Under the pieces are notes generated by a model. The model made no database searches, had not been told where the DNA came from, and was given only the letters and a program-made list of their open reading frames with translations. From IMG/VR virus record IMGVR_UViG_3300033407_000093, positions 1-29,735 of that record: a DNA stretch of 29,735 nucleotides; one strand, given 5' to 3'. Position numbers and translations under genes: made by a program. Shown piece by piece: positions 1 to 8,392 of this stretch. The stretch's first letter is position 1, and every line of letters begins with the position of its first letter. The stretch comes from a virus (lineage: Duplodnaviria > Caudoviricetes).

Positions 1-1
1 T

Positions 2-430
2 ATCATCGTTGATGAAATTCAGCACTGTCTGAAAGACAAGCGCGTCGTCGAGGTGTTTCGCGATATCTCTGACATGACCCTGACGCCTGTAATCATCGGT
101 GGTCACCTCGGCATATCGCGAACGCTGAAGCGCTTCGATCAGATCTACTCACGCATCGCCGACGTCACCGTGTTCGACTATTGCACACTAGAGGACGTGG
201 CTATTTGCTGCACTGAATTATGCGAAGGCATCGAAATCGCGGAAGACCTTGTTGCTCAAATCCACCTGCGAACGTCCGGTAGGCTGCGCGAAATGATGAA
301 CGCCATCGCCGAAGTGGAACGCTTTGGTAGGAAGCACGGCAAGAAGATCATGGCCGCGGCGGATATACCACTGACATCGCTCACTAATGATGGCAAGGCT
401 CGCTCGGCTGCCGTAAGGCTCTCAGCGTGA
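2..430 (+). CDS. MuB-like AAA+ transposition ATPase, C-terminal part (5' truncated)
   Basis: Frame open from position 2: IIVDEIQH (Walker B), FRDISD, PVIIGG, YSRI, SGRLR; at the start of the Mu-like early region. Confidence 0.8.
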   Translation: MIVDEIQHCLKDKRVVEVFRDISDMTLTPVIIGGHLGISRTLKRFDQIYSRIADVTVFDYCTLEDVAICCTELCEGIEIAEDLVAQIHLRTSGRLREMMNAIAEVERFGRKHGKKIMAAADIPLTSLTNDGKARSAAVRLSA

Positions 431-1026
431 GCGGCGCTCGCAAGCCCGGCGCAGGCGCACGCGTCCTAGGAAATTTGGCCACAGCCAAGACTGCCATTTC
501 TCTTGATGAGCTGGCGGTTAACCTTAACGACCTCAAACGCAACAAGATCACGGCCGTCGTCAGTCGTCTAATCACAGATAGCTATGTCGTTCGAAGGAGC
601 AACGGTTCCTATCAGGTCACCAAGGAAGGCATCGCGGCAGACGCTGCAGGATACAAGCCCGGTCCACAACGCAAAGCGACAGGGCAGGCAAAGCCTAAGC
701 CTAACTCTCTCCGCCAGAAAATATGGAAGACACTTAGGCTGCGCCGAAGGATTAGCACACTCGATCTTCTCGCCAATGTCTGCGACGGCGATCCCAAGGT
801 GCAACGCGACGGCGTCTACAAATATCTGAAGGCGCTGGAGCTCGCAGGCTACGTGCAAATGCTCGGCAAGCGCGTTGCAGGCACAGCTCCCACATCCAAT
901 GGCTACAAGATCGCGCTCCTGTTGAATGACACCGGTGCTTTAGCGCCGATGGTCAACTGGAAGACGCGCCGCCTCACCGATCCGAACATCGATCAGATCA
1001 TCGACTTCAGCGAGGTGTCGCTATGA
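427..1026 (+). CDS. Winged-helix DNA-binding protein (probably two wHTH units)
   Basis: Basic 199 aa; ISLDELA..VSRLITDSYV..YQVTKEG and IWKTLR..VYKYLKALELAGYV patterns; GTGA overlap with the ATPase. Confidence 0.65.
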   Translation: MSGARKPGAGARVLGNLATAKTAISLDELAVNLNDLKRNKITAVVSRLITDSYVVRRSNGSYQVTKEGIAADAAGYKPGPQRKATGQAKPKPNSLRQKIWKTLRLRRRISTLDLLANVCDGDPKVQRDGVYKYLKALELAGYVQMLGKRVAGTAPTSNGYKIALLLNDTGALAPMVNWKTRRLTDPNIDQIIDFSEVSL

Positions 1027-1394
1027 GCACCACTGCGGTGACCAAGGCTAAGGCTGCATGGGGTGCCGACATCCCGGATTGGGTGATCGCCCTGGCGGAG
1101 GCTTGCGATGAGACGAGCCAGAACAAGGTTGCCGCCGTCATCGGCAATTCATCGACGGTCGTGAGCCGGGTTTTGGCGAATGCCTATCCCGGCAACGTCG
1201 ATAAAATCGCCCAGAAAGTGCAGGGCGTCTATCTCGCCCAGAACCTGATTTGCCCGGTACTCGGTGAAATCAGCCGGGCGCGCTGCGTGCGCGAGCAGGA
1301 CCTTCCTCTGACCTTTCAGAACCCGGTGCGGCCGCGCGTTCATGCAGCCTGCAGGGGCGGTTGCAAACATTCATCCATCGGGAGGAGCAAATGA
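1023..1394 (+). CDS. Mu-like early HTH protein with C-terminal Cys cluster
   Basis: SQNKVAAVIGNSSTVVSRVL HTH; CPVLGEI..C..C..C; ATGA overlap. Confidence 0.65.
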   Translation: MSTTAVTKAKAAWGADIPDWVIALAEACDETSQNKVAAVIGNSSTVVSRVLANAYPGNVDKIAQKVQGVYLAQNLICPVLGEISRARCVREQDLPLTFQNPVRPRVHAACRGGCKHSSIGRSK

Positions 1395-1612
1395 TCTCCA
1401 ACGATCTTCGAAACCTTATCGGCAGCATGCGGGCGCATGTCGATGCTGACCAGATGTCAAAGGGCTTTTTTGCCGTCTTTGAAGTGCGGCTGCGCGAAGT
1501 CGCCGACGACATCGAGCAACTGGAGCAGGCGAATGTGCTGCCTCATCTGCGCGGCACGCCATCGCCGAGCGGATGCACTCAGCTGAGCCTTGTCAGCGGT
1601 GGCCGATTATGA
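1391..1612 (+). CDS. Hypothetical protein
   Basis: GGAGG RBS before ATG 1391; ATGA overlaps at both ends. Confidence 0.6.
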   Translation: MISNDLRNLIGSMRAHVDADQMSKGFFAVFEVRLREVADDIEQLEQANVLPHLRGTPSPSGCTQLSLVSGGRL

Positions 1613-1935
1613 GCGACAAAGCCGCTGAGGCCATCGCTGAGGACGGACTGCCAAAATTCGACGTCCTCAGGTTCGCGCAGAAGGTTCTCGATAACGGACC
1701 CTTCGCCGTCGACATCAATGCGCGCGATGTCGTCGCCATCGCACAAGTCATCCGCGATCTCGATGAGGCGGCATGCCAGGCGGTTTTGTTCATGACGAAG
1801 ATCAACACCCTCGCCGACAACCCGAGATCAGTCCCCTCGCGTTTCGACTGCATGCGCGAGCTCATCGCTCTGGAAAGAGCGCTCATCAAGATCGGCTACA
1901 TGGAGGAACGAAATGCCCATTCGATTTCTGCCTGA
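1609..1935 (+). CDS. Hypothetical protein
   Basis: ATG 1609 overlaps the upstream stop; fills the operon. Confidence 0.6.
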   Translation: MSDKAAEAIAEDGLPKFDVLRFAQKVLDNGPFAVDINARDVVAIAQVIRDLDEAACQAVLFMTKINTLADNPRSVPSRFDCMRELIALERALIKIGYMEERNAHSISA

Positions 1936-2170
1936 TCAGCCAGCAAGGCGGTCGGCACCTCAGCTTGTGTCAATCGTCAAAATGGTCCCGGCCCTGCTCC
2001 GGGAAATCGGCACGGCGCGCGCGGAGCGGCAGCGCAAGGAAGCACAAATCGCCAAAGCACGACAGCGCCAGCTGGAACGCTATCACAACGGATTTTATTC
2101 GCTCGGCGTGAGCATTCGGAACACGACCGGCAATTACGGCAAGCCCGGACCAAGGAGATATCTATGGTGA
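1913..2170 (+). CDS. Hypothetical basic protein
   Basis: GGAGG RBS upstream; overlaps both neighbours. Confidence 0.5.
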   Translation: MPIRFLPDQPARRSAPQLVSIVKMVPALLREIGTARAERQRKEAQIAKARQRQLERYHNGFYSLGVSIRNTTGNYGKPGPRRYLW

Positions 2171-2787
2171 CCTCTATGACCGACATACCCGCTGGCTTCT
2201 GGAAAGACCCGAAAGGTAACCTTGTCCCGGAAGTGAACATAAAGCCGCTCGACCGGTTGCGCGACGAGTTTGTCAAAAACGCGATCGAGAATGTGCTGAT
2301 CGAGCATGACACGATGGTCGAGCTCAAGCAGAAGCTCTTTTCAGAGTTCGATGCATTCATCGACCTATCTTTCTCCGAATACGGAGCAAATATCGGCGGG
2401 AAGAAAGGCAATGTGACGCTTTATAGCTTCGACCACAGCCTGAAACTCGAAGTGCAGGTTATGGAGCACATTGCTTTCGATGAACGCCTGCAGGCCGCCA
2501 AGGCATTGATCGACGAATGCATTCGCGAATGGGGTGCGACAGCGCACCCCGGACTCATGGCGCTGATCAACGACGCCTTTCAGGTCGACAAGGCGGGCAA
2601 AGTCTCGACCGCGCGCGTCCTCGGGCTGCGGCGTCACAATATCGAAGACGAAAAATGGAAGCGCGCCATGACGGCGATCTCGGACAGCATCCAGAGTGTC
2701 GGCTCGAAGCGCTACATGCGTTTTTACCGACGCACACCCGGCACCGAGAACTATGAGCCCATCTCACTCGACATCGCAAAGCTGTGA
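2164..2787 (+). CDS. DUF3164 family protein of Mu-like phages
   Basis: WKDPKGNLVP..IKPLD, GGKKGNVTLYSFD, FDERLQAAKALIDECI, AFQVDKAG, YMRFYRR; AGGAG RBS. Confidence 0.85.
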   Translation: MVTSMTDIPAGFWKDPKGNLVPEVNIKPLDRLRDEFVKNAIENVLIEHDTMVELKQKLFSEFDAFIDLSFSEYGANIGGKKGNVTLYSFDHSLKLEVQVMEHIAFDERLQAAKALIDECIREWGATAHPGLMALINDAFQVDKAGKVSTARVLGLRRHNIEDEKWKRAMTAISDSIQSVGSKRYMRFYRRTPGTENYEPISLDIAKL

Positions 2788-2795
2788 GGTGCGCC

Positions 2796-3020
2796 ATGAG
2801 CAGGAAGAAACCCAACAAGGTCTATGCGGTTCGCAAAATGGGCTTCCATGCGGTTTTCGCGTTTGCGATTGCGCGTCATAGCAAAGGCGCGATCTCGGTC
2901 GTGCGCGCTCATTGCACCAACGCACCCAAGTATCTCGTCGCGACAGAAACCGACCGCGACCCGACCAAGGAAACAAACGCCTGCAACCCTATGAAGAGGA
3001 ACTTGATTGATGACAACTAA
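2796..3020 (+). CDS. Hypothetical basic protein
   Basis: GAGG RBS then ATG 2796; fills the gap between DUF3164 and GapR. Confidence 0.45.
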   Translation: MSRKKPNKVYAVRKMGFHAVFAFAIARHSKGAISVVRAHCTNAPKYLVATETDRDPTKETNACNPMKRNLIDDN

Positions 3021-3330
3021 GTCCAAAGAGACGCCGCGCCGTGAAGGCGATAACAGCTTTGCCAAAGGACGCCTGCGCGATTTCTTTCAGCGGATCGAGC
3101 GGCTCAACGAAGATATCGAAGCTCTGAACAGCGACAAGTCCCAAGTTTATCAGGAAGCCAAGGCCGAGGGCTTCGACGTCACCATCATGCGGGTAGTCCT
3201 GTCACGCCGAAAGATGGATCGCGCCGATGTTCAAGAGCGCGATGCGCTTGTCGAACTTTACGAGAGCGCTCTATCTGGCACGAAACCTGCTACGCGTGCA
3301 CGCGCACGTGAGGACGGGGCCGATGAATAG
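3010..3330 (+). CDS. gapR: GapR/DUF2312 (UPF0335) nucleoid-associated protein
   Basis: LRDFFQRIERLNEDIEALNSDKSQVYQEAKAEGFDVTIMRVVLSRRKMDRADVQERDALVELYESAL matches the GapR consensus. Confidence 0.9.
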   Translation: MTTKSKETPRREGDNSFAKGRLRDFFQRIERLNEDIEALNSDKSQVYQEAKAEGFDVTIMRVVLSRRKMDRADVQERDALVELYESALSGTKPATRARAREDGADE

Positions 3331-3610
3331 TCCCGCCGCCACGCTGCAGGCTCAACCGCTCACCTTGCGCAAGCTCTGCCGGGTCAAGCGTTGTGCCGAG
3401 CTTCGGCCTCTCGGGCGGCTGCTCTGTGATCATCACGAGACGATGGTACCCGAAAAGCTCGCCCAGCGGATCGCGTTCGCCAACAAGCGATTTACAGCCG
3501 CTGCCATCGATGGCGACATCGGCCGCGCCATGCGCGCCCTCCAGGACGGGCTGAATACCGAGCGCCAGATTTGCGCGGCGATCGAAAGGCAGGAGGCATC
3601 CGATGCATAG
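3323..3610 (+). CDS. Hypothetical protein with C-x4-C..C-x2-H motif
   Basis: ATG 3323 after a GAGGA RBS; CRVKRC..LCDHH putative Zn ligands. Confidence 0.55.
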   Translation: MNSPAATLQAQPLTLRKLCRVKRCAELRPLGRLLCDHHETMVPEKLAQRIAFANKRFTAAAIDGDIGRAMRALQDGLNTERQICAAIERQEASDA

Positions 3611-4274
3611 GCATTCCCTCTTGCTGATCGGTGCAGCCATGCTGTTCGTCGCTGGCTGTCAGACGACACCTGTCAGGTCCTCGCAGCTCGCCATCGGTCA
3701 GCAAGTGCTGCCGCCTATGGGCTTCATCGGATTTTGCCTGAGCGACCCGACACAGTGCGAAGGCGGCACGGACATGCCCGCCAGGGCGCAACTGACGCCC
3801 GCACGATGGTCCGAGCTCAACGCCGTCAATGATTACGTGAATGCGAATGTGCCCCAAATCGAAGACATCGCGCATTATGGCGTAAGCGAAAAATGGTCAT
3901 ATCCAGACGCCACAGGCGGCGACTGTGAGGACATGGCGATGTTGAAGCGCAAGCTGCTCATCGCTCGCGGCTGGTCTCCCTCCAATTTGCTGCTCACGGT
4001 CGTGCGTGATTGGAGCGGCGAAGGTCATGCCGTGCTGGTCGTCACAACCGACAAGGCCGACTACGTCCTCGACAATCTCAATGCGATGATCGCGCCCGCG
4101 AATGAAGCGCCCTACACATGGATCAAACGCCAGTCGCGCGAACGTCCCTACATCTGGGTTGATCTTGACGAAAAGACCTTCCGCACGGCCGCCAATGACA
4201 CACTGCCTCCGGTCGGCGCGCCCGTTCCCTTCGTGGTGGCCGCCCAGGCATTCGCGAAGGAGCTGAGAAAATGA
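3603..4274 (+). CDS. Transglutaminase-like cysteine peptidase (BTLCP, peptidase C93) lipoprotein
   Basis: Lipobox FVAG-C; PPMGFIGFC; catalytic triad motifs GDCED, GEGHAVL, YVLDN; GGAGG RBS. Confidence 0.9.
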   Translation: MHRHSLLLIGAAMLFVAGCQTTPVRSSQLAIGQQVLPPMGFIGFCLSDPTQCEGGTDMPARAQLTPARWSELNAVNDYVNANVPQIEDIAHYGVSEKWSYPDATGGDCEDMAMLKRKLLIARGWSPSNLLLTVVRDWSGEGHAVLVVTTDKADYVLDNLNAMIAPANEAPYTWIKRQSRERPYIWVDLDEKTFRTAANDTLPPVGAPVPFVVAAQAFAKELRK

Positions 4275-4720
4275 CCACTCAAATTGCAACGCAGAATATC
4301 GGCAGATATCCCTTGCCCTGGTCTATTTGCGATACGGTTGACGATACGAGCGTCAGAGACGCAAACGGTACGATGGTCGCCAACATCACGAGCGACGCCG
4401 AATTCGATCTTTGGGAGGGCATTGTCCTCTGGGTCAACCAGCGCGCGTTTTCAGACGTTGTTAGTTACGGGCTCACCGCATTGCAGACCCGCTGTCTCGC
4501 CCTCATCGAGCAAGGCATCGAGATCGGCATTTGCCCGACCTATCAGGAACTCGCCCAGGCAATGGGTGCAAAATCCAAAAGCCGCGTTCACGAGATCGTC
4601 GGCGCGCTCGAAGCCCGCAAGCGCATCCGTAAACTTCCCGGCCATCCACGTTCGATTGTTGTGTTAATCCCACTCACAGATCAGGAACGCAAAGCATGTC
4701 ACCCGTCGCGGAAGCCTTGA
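4271..4720 (+). CDS. Protein with C-terminal LexA-type DNA-binding winged HTH and no S24 peptidase domain
   Basis: LTALQ..L..I..CPTYQELAQAMGAKSKSRVHEIVGALEARKRIRKLPGHPRSI resembles the LexA N-terminal domain. Confidence 0.75.
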   Translation: MTTQIATQNIGRYPLPWSICDTVDDTSVRDANGTMVANITSDAEFDLWEGIVLWVNQRAFSDVVSYGLTALQTRCLALIEQGIEIGICPTYQELAQAMGAKSKSRVHEIVGALEARKRIRKLPGHPRSIVVLIPLTDQERKACHPSRKP

Positions 4721-5097
4721 ACGATCTTCTCTGGGCCACGTTTCCCATGCGCAACATCCTGAAGGGTGAGGCTCGCGCCAAATTCCTCGACATCTGGAAC
4801 GCAGGCTCGAAGGCCCTTTGCAGGGACCGTTTCAACGCCGATGAAACACCCCTGGGCACTGCCAGAGAAGCTGCTGTCCGGCTTCACCGGCGTTGCCTTG
4901 AGACTTGCGCAGCCCTTGGCGTCAAGCCGCATGAGCTCGTCGCGCAGTTCAACGATCGCGTTGATGGCGGGTTCTCACCATCGGGCGACGCTGCCGACCA
5001 TGTCGTATTGCTCGGGCTGGAAGCCACACGCGTTGCCCGTGCGCTCAATGTTCCCCGTGAAACAAGACCCTCAGAGGAGCGCGCCCATGTCAGCTAG
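4696..5097 (+). CDS. Hypothetical protein
   Basis: 133-aa ORF with AGGA RBS, overlapping both neighbours. Confidence 0.6.
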   Translation: MSPVAEALNDLLWATFPMRNILKGEARAKFLDIWNAGSKALCRDRFNADETPLGTAREAAVRLHRRCLETCAALGVKPHELVAQFNDRVDGGFSPSGDAADHVVLLGLEATRVARALNVPRETRPSEERAHVS

Positions 5098-5758
5098 TCC
5101 CAAACAGGATCGCCGCACGCAGCTCATTCGCCTCATTCATGTCGCCAAGCGGGATCGGCAGCTCAGCGATGAGGTCTATCGGGACGTCCTGACGCGGGCC
5201 ACTGGCAAAGCCTCGTGCTCGGCCATGACCGAGACCGAGCTCGACAAGGTCATGAAGGCGCTGAAGTCTCAGGGGTTTCGCGTGAAACATTCGCAGCCGA
5301 AGGTCGTCGCCACGTCGGGCAAGACAAAGGCTCCCAGAAACGGCCCGCGCGACGGGCAGGCGGCGCTGATCACGGCTCTGTGGCTCAACCTCTGGGAACT
5401 TGGCGTCGTCGAGAACAATGACGACAAGGCGATCGATGCCTTCGTGAAACGCCAGACCGGCGTGGCGCGCTATAGCTGGCTCACCCCGGCGCAGGCAAAC
5501 AAGGTCATTGAAGCGCTGAAAGACTGGTCAGCTCGCAAGGGCTTCATCGTACCAACCGTCCTGGACGAGGAAGTGCCGGGGCTCACAGCCAAGCGCCAGC
5601 TCTGTGAAGCGATCTACAAGAAGCTCCGCCATGTCGCCGACACGAGCGAGTGTGATCTGGAGATGGACTATGTCTCGCGCCTAGATGCTGATGAAGCGGA
5701 AGGTCTGGCGCGGATGATGGGTGCGCGGCTGCGCGAAGCAATGGCGCGGGCAAAATGA
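5087..5758 (+). CDS. gemA: Mu gp16/GemA family protein (DUF1018)
   Basis: LIRLIHVAKRDRQLSDEVYRDVL..TGKASCSAMT..EL..GF, ALWLNL, AFVKRQTG, VIEALKDW; GAGGAG RBS before ATG 5087. Confidence 0.88.
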   Translation: MSASPKQDRRTQLIRLIHVAKRDRQLSDEVYRDVLTRATGKASCSAMTETELDKVMKALKSQGFRVKHSQPKVVATSGKTKAPRNGPRDGQAALITALWLNLWELGVVENNDDKAIDAFVKRQTGVARYSWLTPAQANKVIEALKDWSARKGFIVPTVLDEEVPGLTAKRQLCEAIYKKLRHVADTSECDLEMDYVSRLDADEAEGLARMMGARLREAMARAK

Positions 5759-6093
5759 TGAGCCGCAAACGCCGCCCGCTCAGGAAGCACACGACGCCGC
5801 GATATGGCGAGGCGCATCGCGAGAACGCGATCCGCCACGTCCAGCGGCGCACATGGGAACGGCTCGGGATCGCCCTGTCGGTTCCTGAGGTCTTGCAGCT
5901 TTCCGCGAAATGCGCTGCTGGCGAGCTCGGCAACATAGACCCGCGTGGCCATCATCACGTCGAGATGAACATCAAGGGTCATGACGTCCGCGTGATCTAT
6001 TGCCCGCGTCTTGCCCAGATCGTGACGATGTTTCAGCGACCGATCGGCAAGAAGCGCAACGACGCGCGCCTGCGCATCGTTGTGGAGGCTTGA
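5755..6093 (+). CDS. Hypothetical basic protein
   Basis: ATGA overlap; H..RR..ER.GI and C-terminal IVT patterns. Confidence 0.55.
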   Translation: MMSRKRRPLRKHTTPRYGEAHRENAIRHVQRRTWERLGIALSVPEVLQLSAKCAAGELGNIDPRGHHHVEMNIKGHDVRVIYCPRLAQIVTMFQRPIGKKRNDARLRIVVEA

Positions 6094-6094
6094 G

Positions 6095-6352
6095 ATGAGC
6101 GACATGTCCCTTGCCCCAAAAGCCATCCCGCTTCTGGCGCTCCCGCCCGCTTCGCACATCGCTGTCTATCGCAATATTGCGGGACAGGTCACCAATCAGC
6201 GCGCCTTCTTCCTGCCAAAGGCCAGCGATGCAGATGCACTTGAGGCGGCAAAGGGATGGCAGGCAACGAGCGAAGTCTATTGCGACGTCTTCGAGATCGT
6301 CGAAACGCGGTGCCTGGGCGGCTGGATATTCAGAAAGGACGAACAGCTATGA
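6095..6352 (+). CDS. Hypothetical protein
   Basis: GGAGG RBS then ATG 6095. Confidence 0.55.
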   Translation: MSDMSLAPKAIPLLALPPASHIAVYRNIAGQVTNQRAFFLPKASDADALEAAKGWQATSEVYCDVFEIVETRCLGGWIFRKDEQL

Positions 6353-6714
6353 GCGCGAAGAGCGGACATTGCCGTCACTATGCCTATGAAGGTCGGATGA
6401 TCTGCCGGGCCGGGGTCGACATCGGGAAAGTGCATGGCAATGCGCTGGCATGCCTGCCGAACCCAAAGAGGCCATGTGACCAGCGCGAAGAATTCACGGC
6501 GGAAGAAGTCGAAGCCGAAAACGTCAGATGGAAGGCTATCTTCGAGCGCATGGTCCTTTGCCTCGCTGCCTTGCCGGGAGCTATGCCTGGCACGAGTGGG
6601 CATATCGATTGTCCTGCCTGCAAGACGGGACGGATCGACTATGTGTTTTCGCCGGGCAATGGACATTGCCATGCGCGTTGTACGACGCCCGAATGCTTTG
6701 AGATGCATCAATGA
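6349..6714 (+). CDS. Cys-rich, probably zinc-binding protein
   Basis: CRHY..CRAG..CLP..C and CPAC..HCHARC..C motifs; ATGA overlaps; AAGGA RBS. Confidence 0.65.
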   Translation: MSAKSGHCRHYAYEGRMICRAGVDIGKVHGNALACLPNPKRPCDQREEFTAEEVEAENVRWKAIFERMVLCLAALPGAMPGTSGHIDCPACKTGRIDYVFSPGNGHCHARCTTPECFEMHQ

Positions 6715-7007
6715 GCCGCTGGAGCGAGAGAGCAAGAGAAGCAATCCGCAGGGCACATGAGACGATGCCTGAAGACGCCACGCTTCAAGAGCGCATGAAG
6801 ATCGTCGACGCGGCCTATCCCTTCGGGCAGCGCGAACTCTGGCCCTACAAGGCATGGCTGAAGGCTCGCAAGAGCTATCTGCAGTCCTATGGCTACAAGC
6901 CCAAGCCGAAAATGCCGACACCACTGTTTGACTGCACCTGCGATGCCCATTCCAAAGCGCCGCACAAGCCGGGCTGCCCCATGCACGTCGGAAAGGCGAA
7001 GGCATGA
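6711..7007 (+). CDS. Hypothetical protein
   Basis: AYPFGQR..WPYKAWL motif; C-terminal CxC..H..C..H; ATGA overlaps. Confidence 0.65.
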   Translation: MSRWSERAREAIRRAHETMPEDATLQERMKIVDAAYPFGQRELWPYKAWLKARKSYLQSYGYKPKPKMPTPLFDCTCDAHSKAPHKPGCPMHVGKAKA

Positions 7008-7387
7008 CAGATGAGCCGTCCATTGCCCTTCCTGAAATCCTCGCCCGGATCGCTGAAGCGTCGGGTGAAGAAGCGGCGTTGCTTGTCGCACGGGAATGGG
7101 GCGGACGGTCGTTGTATATCCCGCGCGAGTTCAGCAGGGGCCATCGGCTTGTCGAGTTGATGGGCGAGGAACGCGCGCGCAAGATGTGCGACGCCATCGG
7201 GCATGGTTCGGTGCTCGTGCCGATGGGCCCCTTTGCCGGTGCGCTGGAGCGTCGTGTGATCGCGGCCCGGAAGCTGGAGGAAGGTGCAAGCCAGAGCGAG
7301 GCGGCGCGTCAGGCGGGCGTGCATCTGCGCACGGTGGAGCGTCTGGCGGCCAAGAAGCGCCGCGACAACCAGGGAGAGCTTTTCTGA
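7004..7387 (+). CDS. Mor/C-family late transcription activator
   Basis: REWGGRSLYIP Mor-like motif and C-terminal HTH SQSEAARQAGVHLRTVER; last gene before the lysis cassette, as for Mu C. Confidence 0.85.
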   Translation: MTDEPSIALPEILARIAEASGEEAALLVAREWGGRSLYIPREFSRGHRLVELMGEERARKMCDAIGHGSVLVPMGPFAGALERRVIAARKLEEGASQSEAARQAGVHLRTVERLAAKKRRDNQGELF

Positions 7388-7413
7388 ATGACTTGATTGG
7401 GATGACATAGACC

Positions 7414-7438
7414 GGGTGGCCAAAGTGCCGCCCTTTTT
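7414..7438 (+). terminator. Putative intrinsic terminator ending the early/middle operon
   Basis: GGGTGGC-caaagt-GCCGCCC stem (one G-U) followed by TTTTT. Confidence 0.7.
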
Positions 7439-7448
7439 CATGTGATCA

Positions 7449-7471
7449 ACCCCGACAGTTGTCGGGGTGCC
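7449..7471. promoter_or_regulatory. Palindromic operator, copy 1 (candidate late activator site, Plys-like)
   Basis: ACCCCGACA-GT-TGTCGGGGT-GCC; 22/23 identical to 14792-14814. Confidence 0.75.
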
Positions 7472-7543
7472 GAATTTCGGGATTTAGGATCACCTTGCAA
7501 TGACAGTGCGCGAAACGCACCTGACCATGCAAGAGGCTTTCAG

Positions 7544-7783
7544 ATGTTCGACCTTATTCCCGATTTTGCCATCGTCAGCTTCTTTGTGCGGCTCGCCTAT
7601 TTCCTGATCGCCCTCGGTGTCGTCATCGGCTTTCTGCGGTGGCTCGATTACACGATGGGCATTCACGGACAATTCAAATCAAAGGTGTGGGATGTCATTG
7701 CACAGAACCCTCTGGCTCTTGCTGTCTATCACGGCCTCCGCTTCTATGCCGTGGTCTGGCTCGCAGGCCAGTTCCTTTCCTGA
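7544..7783 (+). CDS. Holin-like membrane protein
   Basis: 79 aa with two hydrophobic segments; AGAGG RBS; first gene of the lysis cassette. Confidence 0.65.
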   Translation: MFDLIPDFAIVSFFVRLAYFLIALGVVIGFLRWLDYTMGIHGQFKSKVWDVIAQNPLALAVYHGLRFYAVVWLAGQFLS

Positions 7784-8282
7784 TCGATACGACGCGGATA
7801 TCAAGCAAGCAGTCAATCTCTATTGGGTGAACTATCCCGACTGGCTTGCATGGAAGGCGCAGCTCTATCAGGAGAGCCGATTAAACCCCAAGGCCGTCTC
7901 GCCTGTGGGTGCGGCTGGCCTTGCGCAGTTCATGCCGGGCACATGGCGTGATGTCGCGCATCGCATGAGCTTTCCACATGGCACAAGCCCGCATGAAGCC
8001 GCCTTCGCGATCGAGGCCGGTGCCTACTACATGGCCACCCTCAGCGCTCAATGGCGCGCACCGCGACCCGCACTTGATCGCCACCGACTTGCCCAGGCGA
8101 GCTACAACGCCGGGATCGGCCATATCGTCGCCGCGCAAAAGCGATGCGGCAATCCCAACGGCTATGCCGCCATCATGGCCTGCCTGCCAGCTGTGACAGG
8201 CCAGCACTCATCCGAGACTTTGGCCTATGTCGGCCTGATTGCCCACTGGCGCGACCAGATGGCGCTGGAGGGCGCACGATGA
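7692..8282 (+). CDS. Endolysin, SLT-type lytic transglycosylase with putative N-terminal export signal
   Basis: QES..NPKAVSPVGAAGLAQFMPGT and ASYNAG motifs; ATG 7692 follows AAGGTG; start position inferred. Confidence 0.88.
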   Translation: MSLHRTLWLLLSITASASMPWSGSQASSFPDRYDADIKQAVNLYWVNYPDWLAWKAQLYQESRLNPKAVSPVGAAGLAQFMPGTWRDVAHRMSFPHGTSPHEAAFAIEAGAYYMATLSAQWRAPRPALDRHRLAQASYNAGIGHIVAAQKRCGNPNGYAAIMACLPAVTGQHSSETLAYVGLIAHWRDQMALEGAR

Positions 8283-8392
8283 GTGGAAATGACCCCAATC
8301 CTCACTTCTACCTAGACGGTGTTCTGCTCGCCATCGGTTTGGCTATCGGCTTCGAACTAGTCGTCCATTTCGTTCGGTGGTTGTTTTCATGA
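8279..8392 (+). CDS. Small single-TM protein in the lysis cassette
   Basis: 37 aa with LDGVLLAIGLAIGFELVVHFV; GGAGG RBS; ATGA overlaps at both ends. Confidence 0.6.
   Translation: MSGNDPNPHFYLDGVLLAIGLAIGFELVVHFVRWLFS

Noticed and set aside
4766-5086. Extended GemA start (330 aa)
   Set aside because: Overlaps ORF 4696-5097; the RBS and family similarity begin at 5087
7449-7471. Palindrome as CRISPR repeat, IS end or terminator
   Set aside because: Only two copies 7.3 kb apart, no spacers or cas/transposase genes beside them, 2-nt centre and no U-tract
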